Positions 39,081-46,595 of a stretch of DNA of 52,340 nucleotides are shown here, piece after piece (the first letter of the stretch is position 1; every line of letters begins with the position of its first letter). Source of the DNA: Candidatus Deferrimicrobiaceae bacterium. Lineage in GTDB: Bacteria > Acidobacteriota > Terriglobia > Terriglobales > Acidobacteriaceae. The notes under the pieces were generated by a model. That model saw only the letters and a program-made list of their open reading frames with translations, was not told the origin of the DNA and did no database searches. Position numbers and translations under genes: made by a program. The stretch is taken from assembly GCA_035654555.1 (NCBI GenBank), contig DASRWO010000288.1:1-52340 (forward strand). Reading direction: 5' to 3'.

Positions 39081-41662
39081 TCTGCACCTCCGGCCACAGC
39101 CGGCGCTTCGCGGCGCGCCGGATCCAGCGCATGCCGCTCCGGCCCTTTGCCCTTAAAGCAAAGCGCTCCGCCATGCTCGCGAAAGCGCGCGGGCGCAGTT
39201 GGATCCACACCTTCCGTCAGATTCAATGCTTTATCGCGTCGCTGAGCCCGGAGCGCGGCCAACACGCGCTCCGGCGTAAATGGAGATTCATGCAGGCGCA
39301 CACCAACCGCGTCGAAAATCGCGTTTGAAATTGCCGGGATGGTCGCCGCCAGCGATCCTTCGCTGCATTCCTTGGCGCCAAAGGGACCTTCGGGATCGAT
39401 ACTCTCCACAATAATAGGCTCGACTTCGGGGGACTCCACTGACGATGGACTGCGGTATTCGAGCATGCCGGCATTCATCAGCATCCCGTCTTTCCACACC
39501 ATTTCTTCCGTCAGCGCTTGCCCCATGCCCATCCACACCGAACCGATAATCTGCCCTTCCACCGAAACCGGATTCAGTGCGCGTCCGCAATCGTGTGCGG
39601 CCCAAATTTTATGTACCGTGACTTCGCCCGTGTCCTTATCCACGCTGACTTCGGCGATCTGCGCCGAATACGAATAGGCCGGCGACGGCCCCACTCCGCC
39701 ACCTTTGTGTTTGCCGCCGCGCGCTTCCGGCGGAGGCGCATAGGAACCAGTCCCGGTCAGAGCACCGTGAAAGTCTATCGCCGCCACAACTGCTTCCTCG
39801 AATGTCATCCATTCCTTCGCGCCTTCTTCTTTGCGCTTCTGCTGTAACGAGCCTCGCAGAATCTGCCCCTCGACGCGGCCGCTCACCGACGCGCCTGTTT
39901 GCGTGACTTCCGCTTCTTCCGATTGATCTTTCTTCGCGCTCGGCGGAGCACTTCCCTTCTTGAATACAAGATCGTCACGAAATACCAGATCATCCGCCGC
40001 ACAATTCATTTTCTTCGCGGCTGCCGCGGCAATTCTCTTCTTCACATCTTCCGCGGCACGCAGAGTCGCATTCCCCGCCATGAAGGTGACCCGGCTGGAA
40101 TACGATCCAATGTCGATGGGAGTGAGATCGGTGTCGGCAGCAATCACTCGTACCCGCGGCAGCGAGCAGCCAAGAATTTCAGCGGCCACCTGCGCCGTCA
40201 TCGTATCCGATCCTTGACCGATCTCCGACGCCCCCGTGTAGACCACGACCCCGCCATCCCGGTCGATCTTGATATTCACCGTCGAATGCGGCATGTCGGA
40301 GCGGATAATCGAATTCGCCGCTCCACTTACATAATGGCTGCACGCAATGCCCAGGCCGCGTCCTCTGGGTAGTTTTCCTCTGCGTTGTTTCCAGCTCGAG
40401 CGCTCGACGATTTTCTCGATGCATTCCGGCAGTCCATAACTTTGCACGCGCAGGCCATTCACGGTGATACACGGAGGCTTGAGGAGATTCCGCCGGCGAA
40501 TCTCGGCTGGATCCATTCCAATCGCCGCCGCGAGTTCGTCCAGCTGCGATTCGAAAGCAAAGCGCACGTTCACCGTGCCATGGCCTCGCATGGCGCCGCA
40601 CGCGGGCTTGTTAGTGAGAACGCGATAACCATCATATTGAATGTGCGGAATATCGTAGAGCGCGCCGAGCAGCGCTCCGGAGTAAAGAATTGTGACCACG
40701 CCGTAGGAACAATAAGCGCCGCCATCCTGCACTACGCGCGCCTTCACCGCGGTAATTCGGCCGTCATTCTTTACCCCAGTTTTCAAATCGATAATCGTCC
40801 GCGGCCGTCCTCGATGCGCCCAGAAAACTTCTTCGCGCGTGTAAGTAATCTTCACAGGAGCCTGCGCCTTGCGCGCCGCCACCGCGGCGATAATCTCCAG
40901 CGGAATCACTTCACTCTTACCGCCGAACCCACCGCCCACCAAAGGCTTGATCACTCGAATCTGCGCCATCGGCATTTCCAGCACCAGCGAGAGCTTATGT
41001 TGCAGGTAATACGGGACTTGCGTAGAAGACCACACCGTCAGCCTTCCGAGCTTTCCTGTGTGTGGATCCAATTCAAACGAAGCCAGCGTGGAATGCGGCT
41101 CCATGGCAGCATGCGTCACTTCATTGGCAATGAATCGTGCTTCCGCCACACGATCAGCCTCGGCAAAACCTTTATCCGGATCGCCAAAAACATGGTGATA
41201 ATCTTTTTCCACATTGCCCGGCTTGTTGTCGTGAATCAGATCGGTCTGCGCCTTCATCGACTCTTCAGGATCGAAGTAAGCAGGCAACACCTCGTATTGA
41301 ACATCGACAAGTTCTAGCGCTTTTTCGGCAACTGCCTCAGAAATCGCAACCACACACGCAACGTTATCGCCAACGTAGCGAACCTTATCGAGCGCGAGCG
41401 CATGCTCATCGTGACCGACGGGAAGAATTCCGTAAGGATTCGGAGCGTCTTTACCAATAACGACGGCCACGACTCCGTCTAGCATTTCGGCGCGCGTGGT
41501 ATCGATATGTTTAATGCGCGCGTGCGGATATGGTGAATGCAGAATCTTGCCAACCAGCATGCCGGGGACGCTGAGATCGTCGGTGTATTTGCCGCCGCCG
41601 GTAGTCTTCTCCGCCGCATCCACCATCGCAGTGGGCTTGCCGATAACGCTGAAGTCGCTCAT
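39077..41662 (-). CDS. molybdopterin-binding large subunit of xanthine dehydrogenase family enzyme (HcrA-like)
   Basis: Colinear with aldehyde oxidase/xanthine dehydrogenase a/b-hammerhead and Mo-binding domains (GGGFGGK, EIGQG, PFGAKE). I place the start at ATG 41662. Confidence 0.88.
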   Translation of the reverse strand: MSDFSVIGKPTAMVDAAEKTTGGGKYTDDLSVPGMLVGKILHSPYPHARIKHIDTTRAEMLDGVVAVVIGKDAPNPYGILPVGHDEHALALDKVRYVGDNVACVVAISEAVAEKALELVDVQYEVLPAYFDPEESMKAQTDLIHDNKPGNVEKDYHHVFGDPDKGFAEADRVAEARFIANEVTHAAMEPHSTLASFELDPHTGKLGRLTVWSSTQVPYYLQHKLSLVLEMPMAQIRVIKPLVGGGFGGKSEVIPLEIIAAVAARKAQAPVKITYTREEVFWAHRGRPRTIIDLKTGVKNDGRITAVKARVVQDGGAYCSYGVVTILYSGALLGALYDIPHIQYDGYRVLTNKPACGAMRGHGTVNVRFAFESQLDELAAAIGMDPAEIRRRNLLKPPCITVNGLRVQSYGLPECIEKIVERSSWKQRRGKLPRGRGLGIACSHYVSGAANSIIRSDMPHSTVNIKIDRDGGVVVYTGASEIGQGSDTMTAQVAAEILGCSLPRVRVIAADTDLTPIDIGSYSSRVTFMAGNATLRAAEDVKKRIAAAAAKKMNCAADDLVFRDDLVFKKGSAPPSAKKDQSEEAEVTQTGASVSGRVEGQILRGSLQQKRKEEGAKEWMTFEEAVVAAIDFHGALTGTGSYAPPPEARGGKHKGGGVGPSPAYSYSAQIAEVSVDKDTGEVTVHKIWAAHDCGRALNPVSVEGQIIGSVWMGMGQALTEEMVWKDGMLMNAGMLEYRSPSSVESPEVEPIIVESIDPEGPFGAKECSEGSLAATIPAISNAIFDAVGVRLHESPFTPERVLAALRAQRRDKALNLTEGVDPTAPARFREHGGALCFKGKGPERHALDPARREAPAVAGGAD

Positions 41663-41711
41663 TGTGGTCTTCTCATTCCGAGTGAAAAGATGAATCGGCC
41701 TCTTGCCGGCA

Positions 41712-42200
41712 TCACTTCGCAGCCGTCCCCTGCTGTTCCGCCGCAATGGCAGAACGGATGGCGGCATACATCTGGCTGTAACCGGTACATCGGCACAGAT
41801 TGCTGCTCAAGGCAGCGCGAACATCGTCTTCCGATGGATCAGGATTTTCCGCGAGAAGCGATTTCACCGTCATGATGAAACCGGGAGTGCAAAACCCACA
41901 CTGCGCGCCACCCCAATCGCCATAGGCTTTCTGAATCGCGGCCAGACTTCCATGCTGACTCACTCCCTCAACGGTGGTAATCTCCTGGCCTTCGCAACTC
42001 GCCGCCAGCAGCGTGCAAGACATCATCGCAACCCCATCAACCAGAACCGTACAAGCTCCGCATGAAGATTCGTCGCACCCGCGCTTCGACCCGGTGAGGC
42101 CCAGATCCTGACGCAGTACGTCGAGCAACAGCGCGCTGGGCTCGATAGCTAATTCGTGAGTGCGTCCATTCACCTTCAGTTCAACCAGTTCTTTCTTCAT
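41712..42200 (-). CDS. [2Fe-2S]-binding small subunit (HcrC/CoxS-like)
   Basis: GCDESSCGACTV and CGFCTPG...CRCTGY motifs. 162 aa. Confidence 0.9.
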   Translation of the reverse strand: MKKELVELKVNGRTHELAIEPSALLLDVLRQDLGLTGSKRGCDESSCGACTVLVDGVAMMSCTLLAASCEGQEITTVEGVSQHGSLAAIQKAYGDWGGAQCGFCTPGFIMTVKSLLAENPDPSEDDVRAALSSNLCRCTGYSQMYAAIRSAIAAEQQGTAAK

Positions 42201-42235
42201 TCAAAAACCAGCTTCTCGCCTCTAGCTACAGAACC

Positions 42236-42559
42236 TCAATACGTTGGGACTTTCCCGTCCACCTGCCGCGACCAGGCATCGATGCCTCCTCGCATGGATT
42301 GAGCCTTCTCAAACCCCTGTTGCCGCAACCATGCAGTCACATTCATCGAGCGCACGCCGTGATGGCAGACGACCACGATATGTTCTTCCGGATCCAGTTC
42401 CTGATGAGCCCGCGAAGGTACGTCTCCCATCGGCAACAGCTTGGCGCCGTCCATGCGGGCAGTCTCGAACTCCCACGGCTCACGGACATCGATCAGCGTA
42501 ACTCCCTCGCCTCGGTCGAGCTTGATCTTTACTTCTTCGGGAGTGATTTCGTAATCCAT
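42236..42559 (-). CDS. single-domain rhodanese sulfurtransferase
   Basis: LIDVREPWEF...active-site loop CHHGVRS. I place the start at ATG 42559. ATG 42604 would overlap the upstream gene. Confidence 0.8.
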   Translation of the reverse strand: MDYEITPEEVKIKLDRGEGVTLIDVREPWEFETARMDGAKLLPMGDVPSRAHQELDPEEHIVVVCHHGVRSMNVTAWLRQQGFEKAQSMRGGIDAWSRQVDGKVPTY

Positions 42560-42588
42560 ATTCTTCGGAACGTCTCGCCATCCATGAT

Positions 42589-43377
42589 CTATTTTGCTTC
42601 CCATTTCGGCTCGCGCTTCTCGATAAAGGCACGAATGCCCTCCTGCGCGTCTGCAGTCTTCATCAACTCTTCCAGATAAATCTTTTCGGCGCGCGCCAAG
42701 CCTTTGTCGAAGTGCGCGGCATCCCATGCATAGATGGCTTTCTTGGTGATCGCCAGCGAGGTCGAACTCGCGCTGAGCACTTCCCGCACAGTTTCATCGA
42801 CAGAGGCCTGCAGCCGTTCTTCCGCCACAGCATGATTGGCCAATCCGATTTCCGCTGCCTCGGTCCCGGTGATCGTTCTCCCGGTCAGAATCAATTCCGA
42901 AGCACGCTTCTGTCCGACCAGCGCGGCCAACGCCGTGCACGCCACTGGCGGATAACATCCCAGTTTGATCTCGGGAAATCCCCACCGGGCCGAGGTTGTG
43001 GTGTAAACCACATCGCACACCATCGCTAGTTCCGCGCCTCCGCCAAGACAATTCCCATGCACGACCGCTATCGTCACCTTCTTGGTGTTGAGCAGCATAC
43101 GAATCACGGCATGGAACTTAGTCAGCATCCCTTCGACTCGCTCAGGCGTGTGGGCGGCAACATCGACTCCAGCGGAAAACGCCTTGCCTTCGCCGCTAAT
43201 CACAACCACCGAAACATCGGGCCGCACGTCGATATCAGCCAGCGCCTGCGCCAACTCCTCCATCATTGGAATGTCGATGACGTTCAGCGGAGCATTGCGC
43301 AGAACAATCCGGGCCGCCGAGGAACCGACATCAACGGTCAGCCGAGCTAGATTAGATTCCACCAAACCGGTCGCCAT
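42589..43377 (-). CDS. enoyl-CoA hydratase/isomerase (crotonase) family protein
   Basis: VVISGEGKAFSAGVDV and GNCLGGGAELAMVCD oxyanion-hole motifs. 262 aa. Confidence 0.88.
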   Translation of the reverse strand: MATGLVESNLARLTVDVGSSAARIVLRNAPLNVIDIPMMEELAQALADIDVRPDVSVVVISGEGKAFSAGVDVAAHTPERVEGMLTKFHAVIRMLLNTKKVTIAVVHGNCLGGGAELAMVCDVVYTTTSARWGFPEIKLGCYPPVACTALAALVGQKRASELILTGRTITGTEAAEIGLANHAVAEERLQASVDETVREVLSASSTSLAITKKAIYAWDAAHFDKGLARAEKIYLEELMKTADAQEGIRAFIEKREPKWEAK

Positions 43378-43420
43378 ACTTCCCTGCGTCTCTGTAACTC
43401 CCTAGTGAAAGTCTTTTAAG

Positions 43421-44596
43421 TCACAAATTAATGGCCGACTTCCGGACCTCGCCGATGCTTGCCAGCGGATCGCGCGCTCCCGCCTTTTCGGCGATCCACT
43501 TCTTTTCGTTAGCGATAATTTCCAGCAGCAGTTTTTTGTCTTGCGTTGACGGCATGATCTCTTTCACGTGCTCTTCGTAAGCCCGGTCACCCAGCGGCTC
43601 ACCGGTTTGCGCGTGAAACTTTTGTCCCTTCCAGCGTCCGATTTCGCGATTAAACTTAATGTCCGGAGCGTACAATTTCGGCTGGCCCGACTTCAAAGAA
43701 CCATTGAATCGCTCGATCAGCCCCGCCACTTCGTTGCGATACAAATTCCGGTTGTAGTCGTTCAAATCGTCCAGGTCCGGAGCTTGCTCATTCTTCGGCT
43801 CATCGTATCGTCCCTTGACTCCCCATACATATGCCCAATGCGCCGACGAGGAATGATCCGTACCGAACAAATCATAGGAACTCGAAATCCATTTATTGAG
43901 ATACTTCTGAATCAGCCAGCCCGGAATGATGCCCGCTTCCACAATGCGACGCAAGCCGTCATTGCCAGTGCCCATATGGAAAGCCTCTTCGCGCAACATG
44001 TAAGACATCGATCGACCGAGCGGCGCAAACGCGGAATATTTCAGCATCTGCAGCTGGAATTTCCCGTCGCGATCCACGAAGTCGGTGTAGGTAAAAAAAT
44101 CCATCCAGTTGTCCACATCCACATTGAAAGCGCCAAGCAGCCGTTTGTTGTCAAAAGCTCGGCGTTCCAGCATTTTCTGCGCCTCAACCTTGCCCGAATA
44201 ACCGAAATGATCCACCAGCAGCGCGCACATCTGCCAGCCGTGGCGCATCTCTTCGATCATGACTCGCGTGATGGCGCGGCGGTCCCAATCCGTGGGCGCA
44301 TTCTCCAGGAGATTGCGCTGCTGCTCTACGCTCGCGAACTCGGTATCGCCTTGATACACGATCATGTTCATCAACGCATCGCGCATCTGCTGCGTGGGAA
44401 TCTGCCGCAGGTTTTCCCACTTGCGCCGCCCTTTGTACGAACCGAATTCAATCTCCTCGGTATCGATCGCGCCATAGAGAGTATCGAACTGAAACGCTTC
44501 AATGTCCTTGGTGTTGACGCCAATGTCTTTGCGCCAATCGTTGAACATGCCGATCCAGTCGCTGAACGTGCCGATTTTTGCTACTTTTCCTGGCAT
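43421..44596 (-). CDS. BoxB/PaaA-family di-iron acyl-CoA oxygenase (short BoxB-like)
   Basis: Two ExxH motifs (IEEMRHGWQM and LREEAFHMGTG). The blocks YQGDTEFASVEQQRNL, DRDGKFQLQML and IQKYLNKW match my recollection of benzoyl-CoA epoxidase BoxB. 391 aa. Confidence 0.72.
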   Translation of the reverse strand: MPGKVAKIGTFSDWIGMFNDWRKDIGVNTKDIEAFQFDTLYGAIDTEEIEFGSYKGRRKWENLRQIPTQQMRDALMNMIVYQGDTEFASVEQQRNLLENAPTDWDRRAITRVMIEEMRHGWQMCALLVDHFGYSGKVEAQKMLERRAFDNKRLLGAFNVDVDNWMDFFTYTDFVDRDGKFQLQMLKYSAFAPLGRSMSYMLREEAFHMGTGNDGLRRIVEAGIIPGWLIQKYLNKWISSSYDLFGTDHSSSAHWAYVWGVKGRYDEPKNEQAPDLDDLNDYNRNLYRNEVAGLIERFNGSLKSGQPKLYAPDIKFNREIGRWKGQKFHAQTGEPLGDRAYEEHVKEIMPSTQDKKLLLEIIANEKKWIAEKAGARDPLASIGEVRKSAINL

Positions 44597-44629
44597 AACT
44601 CCCTCGAAATTGCTGGTTCACTCAGTCCG

Positions 44630-45451
44630 CTATTTTGCTTTGAAAGCTGCCGGGCGCTTCTCGACATAAGCCGCCAAGCCTTCTTTTGCATCGTCACTTT
44701 GAAACAGAATCTGCTGGTTCTCGCGCTCCACCGCCAACGCTGATTCCATAGGAATTTCCCATCCCGTCTGCACCGCTCGCTTGATGCGTCCCACAGCCTT
44801 GGCAGCTTTGTTCGGCGGGCAGAATTGCTTCGCGTACTCCATCATGTTTTCCATGAAACCATCACGCTCGTAAATATCGTTGATAATTCCGAGCTCTTGC
44901 GCTTCTTCAAACGAGAAAGTGTTTCCCGTCACCATCAGTTCAATCGCCTTGCTCTTCCCTACCAGCCGCGACAGCCGCTGTGTGCCGCCAGTGCCGGGAA
45001 GCACGCCCAGGTTCACCTCAGGCAAACCGATCTTGCCCGCGTCTTTGCGTGCGATGCGAATGTCTGCCGCCATCGCAATTTCCAAGCCGCCACCCACGCA
45101 GTGGCCGTTGATGGCCGCGATCACCAGCTTAGGAGTGTGCTCCAGGCGCAGCAGCATTTCATTAGCATGCAGGCAAAAGTAATACTTGAAGGTCGGATCG
45201 ACGCTCGACAGCATCTTGATATTTGCACCCGCGGAGAAAAACTTGTCACCGGCACCAGTCAACAAAATGACGTAGACGTCGTTCTCCATGCGCGCGCGCA
45301 GGATTGCTTCATCGAGTTGACGGTTCATCTCGTAGGTGTAGGTGTTGGCTGGCGGATCGCACATCTCAATCACCGCTACGCCGCCGTCCGTGCGGTAGTT
45401 GACAAGCTGTCTGGTCGTTTCGCCGGTCGTCGGCTGCATCGTGGTCGCCAT
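44630..45451 (-). CDS. enoyl-CoA hydratase/isomerase (crotonase) family protein
   Basis: ILLTGAGDKFFSAGANI and GHCVGGGLEIAMAADIRIA. 273 aa. Confidence 0.88.
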   Translation of the reverse strand: MATTMQPTTGETTRQLVNYRTDGGVAVIEMCDPPANTYTYEMNRQLDEAILRARMENDVYVILLTGAGDKFFSAGANIKMLSSVDPTFKYYFCLHANEMLLRLEHTPKLVIAAINGHCVGGGLEIAMAADIRIARKDAGKIGLPEVNLGVLPGTGGTQRLSRLVGKSKAIELMVTGNTFSFEEAQELGIINDIYERDGFMENMMEYAKQFCPPNKAAKAVGRIKRAVQTGWEIPMESALAVERENQQILFQSDDAKEGLAAYVEKRPAAFKAK

Positions 45452-45489
45452 ATTTATAACTCCTTTTATCGAATTGTCTCTTTGTCATT

Positions 45490-45521
45490 CCGAGCAAAGC
45501 GAGGAATCTCGGCTTTGCCGG
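45490..45521. repeat. intergenic hairpin inside a GTCATTCCGAGC...GAGGAATC-type element
   Basis: CCGAGCAAAGCGAG-gaat-CTCGGCTTTGCCGG forms a stem with two bulges. It lies between the tetR stop and the first crotonase start. The flanking TGTCATTCCGAGCAAAGCGAGGAATC resembles a short repeat I recall from soil-bacterial genomes. Confidence 0.45.
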
Positions 45522-45539
45522 AACCAAAACTAATACAGC

Positions 45540-46202
45540 TCACCGTCCGACTTTGCGCGCCTTACTACCATTCATCGCACCGCGCAAAAAAATGTCGCTC
45601 ATTTCTCGCGCTATGTGTTCAGCATCGGCATCCACGCGCGGATTATGCCAGGTGTATATCCAGTTCATCATGCCAAACAAACTCAAAACTGCAATGCGGG
45701 TGGAAAATTGCAACCCACGGTCCCGCTTCAAGTCATCCAGTAATCCTACGCAGATGCGGTAATACTCGCGCTTAATGGCGGCTACTTCCGAAGCAAAACC
45801 ATTTTTTAGCGCCTCCGCCTCGTGCGAGAGCACCTTCATTGCCGCCGGGTTCGCTAGAAAATAATCCAGGTGATTGAGAATGAAGATTCGTATCTGCTCT
45901 TCCGGATCACCTACTCCTTCTAACCGCCCCTTCAGCCGCTGCACGATGGTCGTGAAGGTGTGTTTCTGAATTAGAAAAAGTAAACGTTCCTTTGATTCGA
46001 AGTAGTAATAAAGCCCCGCCAGCGACATGCCGCTGGCGCGGGAAAGATCACGCATCGAAGCGCCCGCGTATCCTTTTTCGCAAAAGACGTTGGTGGCGTG
46101 GATGAGGATCTCGGATAGCCGCCGGTCGAAGCGCGTGGCTGGCGCGATCACTGTGCGACGTCGGCCTGAGGAAACTCGGGTTGCGGTGGATGGACTGGCC
46201 AT
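45540..46202 (-). CDS. TetR/AcrR family transcriptional regulator
   Basis: N-terminal HTH reads ILIHATNVFCEKGYAGASMRDLSRASGMSLAGLYYYFESKERLL. Confidence 0.88.
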   Translation of the reverse strand: MASPSTATRVSSGRRRTVIAPATRFDRRLSEILIHATNVFCEKGYAGASMRDLSRASGMSLAGLYYYFESKERLLFLIQKHTFTTIVQRLKGRLEGVGDPEEQIRIFILNHLDYFLANPAAMKVLSHEAEALKNGFASEVAAIKREYYRICVGLLDDLKRDRGLQFSTRIAVLSLFGMMNWIYTWHNPRVDADAEHIAREMSDIFLRGAMNGSKARKVGR

Positions 46203-46226
46203 AAAGCGAGAGCCGGAAGTGGCCTA

Positions 46227-46244
46227 TTCGAACGTTCGTTCGAA
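46227..46244. promoter_or_regulatory. perfect inverted repeat, candidate TetR operator
   Basis: TTCGAACG-TT-CGTTCGAA has 8-bp arms and lies 25-42 nt upstream of the tetR ATG. Confidence 0.45.
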
Positions 46245-46299
46245 ACTAGTATACGGCAATTGAATTGCAATCACAACTACCGGTCCTGTCGGTAGTGGA

Positions 46300-46455
46300 C
46301 TACTTTGAATCGGGCGCCTTGGGGAACAAGAAATGTGTTAGAAGACAGAACACCGCTATGGATAAAACCGCGGCCCACCAAGGATGAAAAACAACGGGGA
46401 AAAGGATGAAGACGACGATGAACACGCCCCATTCCCACGTAGGCGTCTTTGTCAT
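46300..46455 (-). CDS. 51-aa two-helix hydrophobic ORF (hypothetical)
   Basis: The ORF reads MTKTPTWEWGVFIVVFILFPVVFHPWWAAVLSIAVFCLLTHFLFPKAPDSK. The SD (AAAGAG) is weak. It is below the ORF-track cutoff. Confidence 0.3.
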   Translation of the reverse strand: MTKTPTWEWGVFIVVFILFPVVFHPWWAAVLSIAVFCLLTHFLFPKAPDSK

Positions 46456-46595
46456 TTATGCCGCTCTTTCTGCCCCTCGCGCTTCGTATGACGTAGCCCG
46501 CTACCGGTCCTGTTTGATGTTTTAAAGCCAATGGGCGGAAAGCTTAGGCCCCCTGGTTCTCTCGCCGATCGGCCATTTCACTTCCAATCTTCTAG

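Noticed and set aside
40385-41317. 310-aa ORF antisense to the Mo large subunit. Similar antisense ORFs occur at 34734-35558, 46638-47495, 15971-16693, 17232-17822, 26050-26631 and 31643-32395.
   Set aside because: All lie inside strongly supported genes on the other strand and translate to low-complexity sequence.
43568-44743. 391-aa ORF antisense to the BoxB-like gene, the same length as the real gene
   Set aside because: The translation has no motifs, is rich in Arg, Leu and His, and mirrors the coding frame of a gene with clear di-iron motifs.
44825-45775. 316-aa plus-strand ORF spanning the crotonase, the intergenic repeat and the tetR 3' end
   Set aside because: It runs antisense to two recognisable genes and through an intergenic hairpin. 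I see no domain signal.
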